From Macrostomum lignano (lineage: Eukaryota), in contig NIVC01000671.1 of NCBI GenBank assembly GCA_002269645.1, forward strand, positions 420,228-484,227: a DNA stretch of 64,000 nt, read 5' to 3'. Under the pieces are notes generated by a model. The model saw nothing but the letters and a program-made list of their open reading frames with translations, searched no databases and was not told the origin of the DNA. A program made the position numbers and the translations under genes. This document shows positions 47,175 through 59,900 of this stretch, piece after piece (the first letter of the stretch is position 1; each line of letters starts with the position of its first letter).

Positions 47175-47904
47175 CACATTGAGATCCTTATTATATAATA
47201 TAGTTCAAACGGGGGCATCTGTCTCTGTTTTTGTTTCAAAAGTGCAATTCTACGTCTGTTGTCCAAGTGCGAGGAGAGGCGTGTCAGTTCTGCTCATTCC
47301 GCTGACTCCTGAGACAGATGGAGACAGATACGTACGTAGGGCCACACGCAGGGTGTACAGCTGTCCTGACTTTCTCATGATTATTGGTGCGCTTTGTTTT
47401 ACTGATTTAATTTTCTCTCCCGAGTTTTTTATTGTAAATAAATCTTTACCATGGACAGCTGCAGTAGGATAGATCATTTGCTACAAGTCGGGTCTTCTCA
47501 GAAATTTGCCATAGACATTCGCTAGGGTAAGAATCAGATTACCTCTAGATAGCATACTAAATGCACTAGCGACATCTCCAGCCCATTTCTGAGAAAATCG
47601 AGTGCAGTGTTAAACTAATTCATGCCCGTGAACTTTACACTGTATAATATTATAGTACTATTTCCGAATACAAAGTTGGGTTCAAAGTATCTGTCCTTTC
47701 CTGATGTCCTTTTTATCTATTTATTTTTTATCAATGCAACCAAGGCTCTCTGCCAGTGACTGAGGTTAATGTTTTTTTAACTTTCGTCTTAACTTAACTC
47801 TATAAGAATTATTGTTCATTAGAGATAAAAGTACTTTTTGTTCTAAATGCAAACCTTTAATCTCTTTCACTTGCTGTCTTTTGTCTTTATTTCATTTCAA
47901 TGAA

Positions 47905-48615
47905 AGTCTGCTAGGAATGAAGGCGCGGAGCTGCTGGGTGTCTGATGGGAATGAAGGCGCGGGGCTGCTGGGTGTCTGATGGGAATGAAGGCGCGGGGCT
48001 GCTGGGTGTCTGATGGGAATGAAGGCGCGGGGCTGCTGGGTGTCTGATGGGAATGAAGGCTCGGGGCTGCTGGGTGTCTGATGGGAATGAAGGCGCGGGG
48101 CTGCTGGGTGTCTGATGGGAATGAAGGCACGGGGCTGCTGGGTGTCTGATGGGAATGAAGGCGCGGGGCTGCTGGGTGTCTGATGGGAATGAAGGCACGG
48201 GGCTGCTGGGTGTCTGATGGGAATGAAGGCTCGGGGCTGCTGGGTGTCTGATGGGAATGAAGGCGCGGGGCTGCTGTGTCTGATGGGAATGAAGGCGCGG
48301 GGCTGCTGGGTGTCTGATGGGAATGAAGGCGCGGGGCTGCTGGGTGTCTGATGGGAATGAAGGCGCGGGGCTGCTGGGTGTCTGATGGGAATGAAGGCAC
48401 GGGGCTGCTGGGTGTCTGATGGGAATGAAGGCACGGGGCTGCTGGGTGTCTGATGGGAATGAAGGCGCGGGGCTGCTGTGTCTGGTGGGAATGAAGGCAC
48501 GGGGCTGCTGTGTCTGATGGGAATGAAGGCGCGGGGCTGCTGTGTCTGATGGGAATGAAGGCGCGGGGCTGCTGGGTGTCTGATGGGAATGAAGGCACGG
48601 GGCTGCTGGGTGTCT
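47905..48615. repeat. 34-bp minisatellite (TGTCTGATGGGAATGAAGGCGCGGGGCTGCTGGG)n
   Basis: About 21 units. Confidence 0.95.
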
Positions 48616-49166
48616 TGGCATCCCAAGAGCAGAGCCAAATTGAGTGGCTCTCCATGCCTGATACGCTAATCAGAAACTCAGCACATTGGAAAATTTCTGT
48701 CGCACAGCTCAGACAGCCACGGGCCCGCGCTGCCCTACCCACTGGTCTACTACAAGGATCCCTACTTCCGCGTTGTGTCCCTGTTGCTAGGCAACGCGGC
48801 TGCTTTCAGTTTATCCGTCTGTCTGTATGCCGGCTCTCGACGAATGCTGGCTAGAGATCGGCTGTTTAGCTGCCTCATCAGCCTGATGCCGTATCCGGTT
48901 GCCATGGTAACTGGGACTAAGTTGGCCAGATTTACCTACGCCGTGCACCGGACTCAATCGAGCAGCGACAGCGTGAGATACCCGGCTTGGTCCCGCATCA
49001 CCGGCTGGCTCGAGCCGGTTTTCGGACCGCCGGTTATTTCGTCGGCCGCTCGACACAAATTCAATTAGCACTTAATAAAGTATTGAGATTGGAATTATGC
49101 GTTGAACGTTTCTTTAGCGGGATGCTGGAATTCACGCCAGCTGGAACTCTAGCGATGGGGGGAAAG

Positions 49167-49632
49167 TACAGATACTAAAATAACTAGATTGGCCACTCAG
49201 ACACATTATACTCGTACTTAGCAAAACAGCTGTCTACTTTCAGTTCAGTAGCAAAGAAGAATACACACGCTATTTTATAAGAATAAGGCAGCTGAGATGA
49301 CTTTGATAAGTATAGAAGCCCAAGCTTGCAGACGTAAACAGCTTGCTAATTAGTGCAGCCAAAATGTACATTAGCCACTGAAATTTACGAGTACAAGGCA
49401 GATTTAGGCTGGAACAACCAAAGAAGGTAATAAAATTAGGTCGCGGGCCGGGGTAGAGGTTCTATGAGGAGTTTGAGGGTTTAATTAGCTTGGGGGGTAA
49501 GAGCCAATAATTAAGCTTTGTCTTTAAGAATTAATTAAACATTAAAATGCTTCAGTTTAACTTACTACTGAATTGAAAGTAGCTGGCACGCAAATGTGCC
49601 GAGTGGCCTATCTAGTTATTCTAGCATCTGTG
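49167..49632 (+). mobile_element. CACAG-TIR MITE copy (more diverged)
   Basis: TACAGATACTAAAATAACTAGAT...TAGTTATTCTAGCATCTGTG with the same internal body. Confidence 0.85.
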
Positions 49633-50589
49633 GTCGATAGTGGACTTTTTTGGACAAGCGATTCTACAAAAAATTCGGACATCTTAGACACCTTTGACAC
49701 CCATGTCTTAGTCTACTTTTAATTTACAGTGTGGTGAAGACTATAGGCGCGAAAATTGATGTTGCCATAATTTTGACCGTGATTTGCAGCTTGTCCCCAT
49801 TTTTACGCATTGACAATTGGCAAAATACCCACTCCTGTCGACTCGTATAGCCATATGTATAAATATATTGAATAGTTTTGCTTCACGGATGTAGCGACTG
49901 AGTGTATTTTTGCCAGTTAATTTTCTATCGCCGGCTATTGACTATGTTTTAATTTTCAAATTTAACTTTACGGATAGACTAGTAGGACTATAGGGATGTT
50001 TGTATCAGGAGTGCACAAATACTACTTAGGCCTTGTCGGTGTGTCACCAAGTTGAGAACTACAAGTTGAAAAATTTTAGGAGACAGGTTTATATACATAG
50101 GAATATACATTCCGAAGATAAACAGGTTCCCCCTTTAAATATAAATATTGTTATTGCTTTTGATAGAAGGGAGACCCAGTGTTCATATTTTGATATGCCT
50201 TGCCTTATAGGTACAACAATATGATTGTAATGATACAATCGTACTATTTTATCATTCTGTTACACGTTTTGTTACTCAGTCATTGAGCTAAGGATGATAC
50301 TCGTAAGACTCATAAAACCAATGAGCCGGGTCGTGCCATTTATAATGATTTTTAGGCACAGGACATGTACAATTACATGTAGGATATAAAATTAACAAAG
50401 AATCCTAATTTTCTAAACGAAAAGCTTTATGAATATCAATAGAGCTATCAGAAAGGCAAGGCTTTGTCTACAAAAGCAAGTAAATGCATTTCGCGCTGCG
50501 GCAAGCTGCAGTGAGCTGTACCAGTCACGCAGGTGGGCCGTGTATTTTTAATTTGCTTTCAATCAGACTGCATCGTTGAAGCTGGGCCT

Positions 50590-50877
50590 CTACAGCTTGA
50601 TGCAGCTGATGATCTGGCTGGCGCTGCTGCCGCACTTGCTGGCCAGGCAGGCAGCCAGTTCGTTGATGTTGTTGCCATTGGAGACGAAGCAGACCAGCAG
50701 GCTGGTCACGATGCAGGTCACGGATGTGATGCCGTTCTGCTGCAAGCAGATGGTGTCCAATCGGAGCACGGGAACGACCTCGTGAATGATGTCGTTCACG
50801 ACCTCGTTCTTCTGCTCCGGAGTGTAGGCGGCGGCGGCAAAGGCCACGAGAGCGAACAGGCAGAGGAGCTTGTACAT
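50590..50877 (-). CDS. Small secreted 6-Cys protein, copy 1 (95 aa, most diverged intact copy)
   Basis: MYKLLCLFALVAFAAAA signal peptide followed by YTPEQKNEVV... and C-x10-C-x7-C-x13-C-x4-C-x9-C; intronless; paralogous to copies 2-5. Confidence 0.9.
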   Translation of the reverse strand: MYKLLCLFALVAFAAAAYTPEQKNEVVNDIIHEVVPVLRLDTICLQQNGITSVTCIVTSLLVCFVSNGNNINELAACLASKCGSSASQIISCIKL

Positions 50878-51479
50878 GGCTGCTGAGCTGGGTGCTTTGG
50901 TGCTGATGGCACAGGCTTGGGTCCGTCGCTCAGTCAGCCTTTGCCCCCGAATGCATATTGAAATACTCCTAAATGTCTGAATAAGTCGCAGGTGACGCAG
51001 TTTTGATTGACCCCCCCACTCCACCGCAAATTGTTGGTCCGCCCACGGCCTGTCGGGTCAGACCGCTTGGCTGCTAAGTGACGGTGAGACACTGCCAGCT
51101 TTTCTACTGACGCCCTTTGTCATGTTTTTTTTTCAAGTCAGCTGTCAAGATAATGCAGCTCGACTGTCAGCGTTCGCTTGCCGACTGCTAGTCGAATTTA
51201 GTAGTCGCATATTTTCTAAGCAGATTTTTCGACACTTTAAGAGCTTCATTCCGCAATTTGATCACAAGGGGATCCACAAGCATGTAAGGGTGCATTTCTG
51301 TGACTACCAAAGTCTAATTATCTATTGTAGTGTGTTGTGAGCTTTTTTGTCTTGAGGATCGGGGTTATCTTTGTCTACTTTGTACACACAAGGTTTTATT
51401 GGTCAGGGAGACATAATCCCGTTATTCCAGCGTCTTTAAGGGGCTTCTAGTGTTTATAGAGTTTTTACATGCTATTTAC

Positions 51480-51960
51480 GCCAATATCTCTCGACTAACG
51501 CCAGTATCTCTAGACAAGCGCCAATGTCTCTAGATTAGCCCCAATGTTTTTAGACTAGCGCCAGTGTCTCTCGACTAACGCCAATATCTCTAGATACGTG
51601 CCAGTATGTCTAGACAAGTGCCAATGTCTCTAGAGTAGCCCCAATGTTTTTAGCCTAGCACCAGTGTCTCTAGCCTAGCACCAGTGTCTCTAGCCTAGCA
51701 CCAGTGTCTCTAGCCTAGCACCAGTGTCTCTAGCCTAGCACCAGTGTCTCTAGCCTAGCACCAGTGTCTCTAGCCTAGCACCAGTGTCTCTAGCCTAGCA
51801 CCAGTGTCTCTAGCCTAGCACCAGTGTCTCTAGCCTAGCACCAGTGTCTCTAGCCTAGCACCAGTGTCTCTAGCCTAGCACCAGTGTCTCTAGACTAGCG
51901 CCAGTTTCTCTAGACAGGCGCCAATGTCTCTAGCTTAGCGTAGGTATCTCTAGACAAGCG
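51480..51960. repeat. 20-bp minisatellite (CCAGTGTCTCTAGCCTAGCA)n with a perfect core at ~51650-51895
   Basis: Read directly; degenerate flanks. Confidence 0.93.
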
Positions 51961-52325
51961 CCGATGTCTGTAGATTAGCGCTCAGGGACGTCGTCACCAG
52001 GGGAGACAGGGGGATATGCCAATGCTTTTTATCCCAGGACCACTAGCAAAAGAGGCTAGTGTTCTGCTATAGCCTCAGAACACAGGCTAGCAGAAATCAA
52101 TAGTGAAATCAAGTGAAACCAAGAGTTTTCCTTCGGGCGACAAAATAAGTTTCGCCCCCCACGCCATAAAAATCCATGGAGGCACCCCTGCCAGCGCCAG
52201 TGTCCCTGAAAATAAGCGGCACTGTGTATATACTGGAATGCCACGGGGTGGGCACCTGGATTCGCTACCTGTCCGAGTATACGAGCTGTACAAATGCACA
52301 GTGCAAACCATTCACTGCTCTTCAG

Positions 52326-54595
52326 TCCTCAATCAGCGCCACAGCTGCTCATTGGCTGCTTCTGCCGCTGCCTGCGCGGCGGGAGCAGCAGCAGCCGAAT
52401 CACGATCCGAGTTCGAATCCCGGCGGCGCCGATATCGGCCGTCTTCTGCTAGCCGTGGAGCCGCGCCGCTGTGGCCTGCTGGCCTTCGCCGAGTCCGGCC
52501 GGTCAGTGCTGGCCGAGGCGGCCGCGCCACCAGAAAACCCCGACGAAATGCTGGCGACGGCGCGCGACCTGCTTCAACGCCCGATGACTCCGGGTGAAGA
52601 GGCTGCCGCGCCGGCCGAGGACGTGACGGTGTCTGTTTCGACCGATCGTCTGCGCCATCGGCGCTGGTTGGCCCGCGCCGGGCGCGAACTCCTGACCGTC
52701 GGGCTCGGCTGCATCGAGTCCGTGTCGCCCGACTTTGCCTCGGCCACTCTGATCAGCCCGGAGGGCGTCCGGCTTCGCGTTGCCGCCGATGTTGGCGACT
52801 GTCCCAATTTCTGCCTCGTCGACTCGGAGCTGCCAGTTCCGATCCCCGGCGGCGGTGGCGGTGACGGCAGCCTGCGGCGCCTGTTCGACCGGTTCGCCGG
52901 GGCGTCGCGGTCGCTGCTGCCGCACTGGGAGCTGCTGGAGCAGCTGGACAGCCGGCTGGTCGTGCTTGAGCCGCGGCCGGCCCAGCGTAGACGCTCGCTT
53001 CACCGACGGGTGCTGCTGGCCGAGTGAGTGGCTTTTGCTGAGCAACTGGCGACTCTAGCTGAGTTTTTTAATCAAATATTTGCATTTTTGCACTACACAG
53101 CTCCGCGGACTTCTTGAGCTTTAGGTAGGTATAAAATTGTTGCAGTTTTGATAGGATCATAATTTTGTTCCTTTAGAGGTTTTTGATGGTGCTGATTTCA
53201 AATTTGAGCTTCGTTTTTTCGTAGCTTCAAACCAACCACCGGGGCATAGGGAATGGGGGGTTTTAGGGTGGGGAGAATCTTCATGGGGATTGATTTTATG
53301 TACATAAACTTCAACAGAAGCATGGGAGTCTATTGTAGATTAGGTAGATAAATTCGGAGACTGAGGGATGGGCTTAAATAAAAAATTCGGCAAGCCATCA
53401 AACACCTCCATGAAGAAAAAATGACAATCCTATCAAAACTAATTGACATCAGCAGCTGTAGTTAACTTTTGAATGGAGACAAGGCAGATTAGTAAAAGTT
53501 AGTATAGGTAAACAAGTAAAGAATGTACGGCTAGTCGGCACAACAATGAGAGAACGACAGCAAATCAAAAAGCGGGAGGTAAGGGGCGGGTGGCGAACCC
53601 TGAGTCAGCATATTTAAATTAGAATAGACACTATTTTTATCGGAGTTAAAATTTGAACCCTCTAAATGTTTTTATTAGAATAATTTCATCAAATTTTGGA
53701 AATTTTTTACAGTTGAAAGATATGATTCCAAAAAAACTTCAAATTTCAAACACAAAATTCTCCGAACCTGCTTATATCAAATTATCACTAATTACATAGG
53801 AGATTAACAAATTAAGCTCCTGTTAACTCTGAAGGTAATTTTTGCAGTTTTTTGCTCTAAGACTCTGGCGAAAAAATCGGAAGTATTTTATGTACCTAAA
53901 GCTCAAGAAGTCCAGGTCCGCTTCCAATCTCCAACATGCAATCGGATTTAGCAGAGGCTGTTTTGTCTATGGCAAATCCTTTTGTTGAAGATTGCAACTG
54001 CCATCTTCATGAGGTCGGCCCCAGGTGTGCTCAGATACTGAATACCCTAAATAGCCGCCATCGCGCACTAAAACAAAAACTACATCATATTGATGCGGAG
54101 GCAGCTCCAACTCCCCGCAGCCGCGCCAGCAGCCTGCTGATCAGGCTGGACCCCGACGCCAGCCCGGCTGCCCTGCCATCCGTCAGTGCCGCAGGTCCGG
54201 CTGCCGAGGCCATCGAAGTGGCCGTGACCGCCAACTCCGCCGCCTGGAAAGCAGGCGCGGACGTCGCGGACTTTGTGTCCAACCTGAGAGCTCTGCTGGG
54301 CGGCTCCGCCTTGCTTGCCGAGCCTTCAGCCGTCGAGACCGAGCAGCCGGTGGCGGGCGATGCTGGCGTCGAGGCCGCTACCGAGGATGTCGACTGCGGC
54401 ATCTGCTACGCTGACTGCTCCGCCGATGGTCCCGACTGCGTCACTTGCGAGCGCTGCCGGCGTCGCTACCACCGCAGCTGCGCAGTGGAGTGGCTGCGCG
54501 GCCTGCCGGACACTCGGCAGGGCTTCAACCGACTGCACGGCTGCTGCCCCTACTGCAGGGCGAGGCTGTGCGTGCTGCAGGACTGTCAGGATTGA
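52326..54595 (+). CDS. FANCL: E3 ubiquitin ligase FANCL; exons 52326(?)-53023, 54121-54595
   Basis: URD-like LFDRFAGASRSLLPHWELLEQLDSRLVVLEP...RRVLL and the FANCL RING DCGICY...C..C...YH..C..EWLRGL...RQGFNRL.G.CPYC. Phase-2 junction GA|gtgagt...ccgcag|C. 5' end uncertain (acceptor at 52325 or ATG at 52176). Confidence 0.9.
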
Positions 54596-54893
54596 GCCGC
54601 CAGCTGTCATCAATAAGTCAGCCAAGTAGTCCCGCTTTGCCATTCACTGCAAATCTTGTAGTAAACAAAAAGTGTCGAAGACAAGCCATGAATTTTATGC
54701 ATTTGAACCCTGTGTCCGAGTTCGAGTTCCCACTTGCACTTTAAATTCTATCGCGTGCGACAAAATAAAAATATAAAGTCAATTAAACAGTGAGTTTTGA
54801 TAGTTTAATTAATATTTTAGCTGGCGCTTTCAACTGTTCCAGATTGCGCTCAGCAACCAAATTGTATTTCTATGCATTGATAGAAAAATGCAT

Positions 54894-55181
54894 TTACAGC
54901 TTGATGCAGCTGAGAATCTGGATGGCGCTGCCGCCGCACTTGTTGGCCAGGCAGCCGGCCAGCTGGCTGATGTTGGTGCCGTGGGCGAAGTAGCAGGAGG
55001 CCAGGTTGGAGATCAGGCAGTTCACGGAGCCGATGCCGTTCTGCAGCAGGCAGTTGGTGTCGATGCTGAGCACGGGAACGACCTCGTGAATGATGTCGTT
55101 CACGACCTCGTTCTTCTGCTCCGGAGTGTAGGCGGCGGCGGCGAAGGCCACGAGAGCGAACAGGCAGACGACGTTGTACAT
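54894..55181 (-). CDS. Small secreted 6-Cys protein, copy 2 (95 aa), convergent with FANCL
   Basis: MYNVVCLFALVAFAAAA-YTPEQ...SCIKL; same Cys spacing. Confidence 0.9.
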   Translation of the reverse strand: MYNVVCLFALVAFAAAAYTPEQKNEVVNDIIHEVVPVLSIDTNCLLQNGIGSVNCLISNLASCYFAHGTNISQLAGCLANKCGGSAIQILSCIKL

Positions 55182-55540
55182 GGCTGCTGAGCTGGGTGCT
55201 TTGGTTGCTGGCTTCTTGAGACTGGCTGCTGGGTTGAGTTGCTGATTGGGTCTCGGGCTCGGTCGCTGGGCTCTCATTTATGGTGCCGCTGGTGGCGCTA
55301 CAGGTGACGCGGTCTCGGACAGCCGCACCGCGCGCAGTCCGTTAAAGCTGTCAGAACTGTCACAAAGTTTTTAACCGGTTTATTTTGTCTGCTGTTTAGT
55401 GGTTTCCAATATCTCATCTCTTATCATGCGTTTTGGTATTTGACAGTCTTGTTGCCTGCGCTGCTGTCAGATTATCAGCGCATGCTGCTTAATTCACAAA
55501 TATTTTGCACTGTCGGCGGTTTTCCGAAACCAAGTTTTTA

Positions 55541-56640
55541 GGAGGGGTGTGCAATAAGTTTCTGGATGTGCGAAGTCTGAAATAGTTGGAGAGCAACTGA
55601 CAGTCATATTTTTTTAAGGTACTCTCCATAAGAATCTATGCACCATTGCATCCTCTCATACCACTTATTGAAGCAGCTGGACCACTGAACTTGGCACCCC
55701 CTTGACATGCTTGATGAAGGCCTCGACTGCAGCTTCCGGCGATGAATAGCGACTGCCTTGCATCTTCTGCTCGGTTTGCGGAAACACAAAGAACTCGCGC
55801 GGGGCCAGGTCTGTGCTGTAGGGTGGATAGCGGAGCTCTTGAATGTGTTCTCCAGCCAGAAATTCGACCACTTGCCTGGACTTGTGGGCGGGGCGTTGTG
55901 ATGAAGAAGCACACCCCGAGCTCGAGTCCTTAAACGGCAATTGGAGAGAGCACTCAGCACTTCTGACAGGCAGTAGTCGGTACGCCAGTTGCCAGTGACT
56001 GTGCGCTGCTTTCGTCACAAAAACGGCCAACATCTGCTTTGCCACGCTGCCCCACGTGGGGCACCTTTAACTGGTGTTCACTGTGTCGACTGCTGCGTGT
56101 GGTCTCTGGGTCAAAACTGTAGATCCAGGATTCTTCACCACTGACGATTTCCCAGATCCAGTTTGAGCGGCCACCATCGAATCTGTCGAGCATGGCATGG
56201 CACCAAGCCACCCGAGCCTCCTTTTGCTCCTCTGTCAGGTGATGAGGCACCCAGCGTGCAGAAATCTTGCTCAGGTTGAGCCTTGAGTGCAGAATCGTGC
56301 GGATGGCTGCCGATGAGATGCCCACTTCTGCCTCCATCTGGGCCACAGTTACCCTGGCATCATTCTTAGTCATGGCCTGAATAGCAGCACTCATATTCTC
56401 ATCCCTTGCTGCGGAGGTGGGCCAGCCGCTGCAGTCTTCATCATCCAGACTCCGTCGGCTATGTCGAACTTCGGCAAACCACTCAAAAACTGTGGTAGTG
56501 GAAGGTACTTTATTGCCAAAAACTGCCTAAAGTTCCTCAAAGCTCTTTTGCTGTCTTAAACCTCTTGTAGCCATAGTAAATAATTATTTCTCAGTGCATG
56601 TTGTCGGCGCTTGTGAATGCAGAATCTAAAAATAATTTCG
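55541..56640 (-). mobile_element. Degenerate mariner transposon
   Basis: HTH-region VFEWF..., SARWVPHHL, IVSGEESW, YSTDLAPREF and C-terminal KW..R...C....GEY, with stops and frameshifts. TA-GGAGGGGTGTGCAATAAGTT mariner-type end at 55539-55560; the other TIR was not found. Confidence 0.9.
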
Positions 56641-57520
56641 CAACTTTGTCAAGTAGTTTGGCTATACTTTGGAGACATACATATGGTAGCATAAAGGACT
56701 TAGTTTAAAATTTCTAGTGAATCGTTCCAAAGATGTTCCAAAGTTCGTCCACCCCATGTCTGGGAGGGCATCGCAAACCCGAAAAATTACAACTCTAAAA
56801 AGTGCTTTCCATATCATAAACCGGAAACATCATAACTCCGAATGCTAGCAACGCCTAACGCTATTTTGGTTTTCGGAGCTATGATATTTCGGGTTTGTGA
56901 TCTAGCTTTCTTCGGGAAGCATGGTATTTTATCAACGATGTGATGCACGCGGGCAGGTATACGAGCCGTGGACTTTAGAGCGCTTCAGACTAGCTGTGAT
57001 TGGACATGCACTGATTTCTTTGTTAGGTAGCCATTATGCCGTGAAATGCCTTGACGCGGTCTCTATCTCTGGTCTATGCCACAAGCCTTTAATTGTCAAG
57101 CTCGATAACAATCGTGTAATCAGGGAGGTGTAATCAGTTTTATTATTATTACTATTCTGGCTCGATAAATCAATCAGATTGAACATTTGGAATTTTCTGC
57201 AAAATAATTTTAAAACTAGATCTAGATACTTCTCGCCGCCATCAAGTTACGCGCTGTCAAATTGAACAAATCGGATAATGTGCAAAGCAACGAAAAAGTA
57301 CATAGCTACAAGGAATAACAACACACATAAATCGCCTAATTTGATAGCGCAGCGTGGATGAGCCTGTTATGTTCTTGCGGGAATTATTTCTGAAGCAACA
57401 AGCTATACAAGTACTTGTTTCCCTGATTTTTTAAGTTTTTTAGTTTCTCTCTATCGCGACGGTTATTGTCACCTTTCTCATGGTGGTTCGTCTTCTGCTT
57501 GTAGTTTTCTGCCCGCAGAC

Positions 57521-57967
57521 CACAGATGCTAAACTAACTGGATGGGCCACTCAGCCATAAATACTTAGTAAAACAGCTTTCTACTTTCAGTTCAGTAGCA
57601 AAGAAGAATATATAAGCTATTTATAAAAATAAAGGCAGCTGAAATGACTGATAAGTTTAGAATCCCAAGCCTGCAGGCGTAAGCAACTTGCTAATTGGTT
57701 CAGCAGTAATGTACATTAGCCAGTCCACTGAAGTGTACATGGCAGCTTTAGGCTGAAATTCCGAGAAAGGCAATAAAAATTGGGGCGGGGCGGGGGGGGG
57801 GGTTGGTGTCGTGTGGAAAGGCGCGGTTGGAGGGTTTAAGCTGGTGGGTAAGACCCAATAAACGAGCTTTGGAATTCAAATGCTTCTGTTTAACTTACTA
57901 CTGAACTGAAAGTAGCCTACACGCAAATGTGCTGAGTGGCCCATCCAGTCATTCTATAGTATCTGTG
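57521..57967 (+). mobile_element. CACAG-TIR MITE, full length (447 bp)
   Basis: ~35-bp TIRs; flanks CCGCAGAC/CCGCAAAC (7/8 match, an 8-bp TSD). Confidence 0.88.
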
Positions 57968-58595
57968 CCGCAAACTTACAGCTAGTTCTCCGCTACATGC
58001 TGCAAGTTGCCCTTCAGATTTATTCGCTTCAATCAGTCTCGATCGCACAATCGCTTGTATTCAAGGACGACTTAAGAACACAGGACATCTTGGGTGAATA
58101 TTGACAATTGGGTGAAGATGACCAAATGTTAGCGGTGACATGGAATTGCCCTAGGAGAGAATTTTATCAGCAGCATCAACTGCAAGCATTTTCGCCAGCA
58201 GTATCTGACAAAGCAATTGTCAAAGCCTTGTTTTCTGCAATCGTCAGTGATAAAGCGCGTAGGCTAGGACCACTGGAACAATTACGTTACTTTAGTAGTC
58301 CTTGAGCACTAGTTATCCAGGAGCAGTAATAGCAGATCGAGGGTGTTATTGCTGTAGCAGCTGGTTGATAAATCCGAGAACACCAATAAATTAATTTGTT
58401 TTAACTAAAGACACCCTTTGATCAGACAATTCTTTAACTTATCTGGGGATATAAAGTTTCCAGTTTTCTTAACTTTGTTATACCAACAAGTCTAAACAAA
58501 AAATGCACTCAGAAAAGAAATTCAGTTATTAGTAAAGTAAGATCGTTGTTAATATTGTACTTTAAGTTTATTTTATAGCCTCAATACCGAAACAT

Positions 58596-58883
58596 TTACA
58601 GCTTGATGCAGCTGAGAATCTGGATGGCGCTGCCGCCGCACTTGTTGGCCAGGCAGCCGGCCAGCTGGCTGATGTTGGTGCCGTGGGCGAAGTAGCAGGT
58701 CGCCAGGTTGGAGATCAGGCAGTTCACGGAGCTGATGCCGTTCTGCTTCAAGCAGTTGGTGTCGATGCTGATCACGGGAACGACCTCGTGAATGATGTCG
58801 TTCACGACCTCGTTCTTCTGCTCCGGAGTGTAGGCGGCGGCGGCGAAGGCCACGAGAGCGAACAGACAGACGAGCTTGTACAT
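58596..58883 (-). CDS. Small secreted 6-Cys protein, copy 3 (95 aa)
   Basis: MYKLVCLFALVAFAAAA-YTPEQ...SCIKL; AATAAA on the minus strand ~24 nt after the stop. Confidence 0.9.
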   Translation of the reverse strand: MYKLVCLFALVAFAAAAYTPEQKNEVVNDIIHEVVPVISIDTNCLKQNGISSVNCLISNLATCYFAHGTNISQLAGCLANKCGGSAIQILSCIKL

Positions 58884-59289
58884 GGCTGCTGAGCTGGGTG
58901 CTTTGGTTGCTGGCTTCTTGAGACTGGCTGCTGGGTTGAGTTGCTGATTGGGTCTCGGGCTCGGTCGCTGGGCTCTCATTTATGGTGCCGCTGGTGGCGC
59001 TGCAGGTGACGCGGTCTCGGACTGCAGCACCGCGCGCAATCCGTTAAAGCTGTCAGAACTGTCACAGAAGGCTCTGCAAGTAGCGTTTCCTTCCCTTATC
59101 TGTGCGTATGAGCGTAGTATAGAGCTAATTTACACGCTTCCTAATTAGCATACTCATGCAGCGGAACAACAGTCTGGGACACTGTCGTGACACGGCCGCG
59201 CCACAGCCTGTCAGACCTGTCACCAGCGATATGGGCCAGTTTGGCCAACTAAGGTTTTCCACTAATTTCACGGCCAGGGCGCGTAAGGT

Positions 59290-59900
59290 CAGCATCAGGC
59301 AGGAGAGTCAAACCTCGGGATGCTGCGAGACGTGGCACTGGGTGACCAAAAAGCCATCCTCTTCCTGCAGAGTCCTTCGGGGCACGTAGGTTGGAAACTC
59401 TGCAGTGGGTCCATCGGATGCTTGGAAGGCCATAGAACTGCTGTACACGTCCATGACTGCCCGCACAAGCAGAGGTGGCACTCCATGCTGAGCGAGCAGC
59501 CAGGCTATGGCCAGCCGGCTGACAGAATCAAAGGCTTTGCGGAAGTCGATGATGATTGCCGCCACCTGCTCAGTAGTTGATCTGCCAGAAAAAAACCACT
59601 CTGAAAAGCTGGCATGCGCGAGCTGAGCGCTGGGAGCAGGCGCGGTTTCTCAGCACGGCGTTCAGCGCTTTTGGGAGATTGCAATCCCGCGCCGGTTGTC
59701 TAGTCTGGTGGAGTTGCCTTTCTTGGGGATGGAGATGATCTTTGAAGTCTTCCACTGCTTGGTGGCAGAGGCGGACTCGTCCCCACCAAGGCGGTTGAGC
59801 AGGCGGTTGGTCACGGTGCCAAGCAGCTCAGGCAACTTCAGCACTCTCGGGGCGGATTCCGTCAACTCCAGACGGAGCGTCCGCTCGCATTGCCTCCAGG
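59290..59900 (-). mobile_element. Non-LTR (LINE, RTE/CR1-like) reverse transcriptase fragment
   Basis: WKTSKIISIPKKG...NRRGIA, IDFRKAFDSVSR, GVPPLLVRAV; broken frames. Confidence 0.88.
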
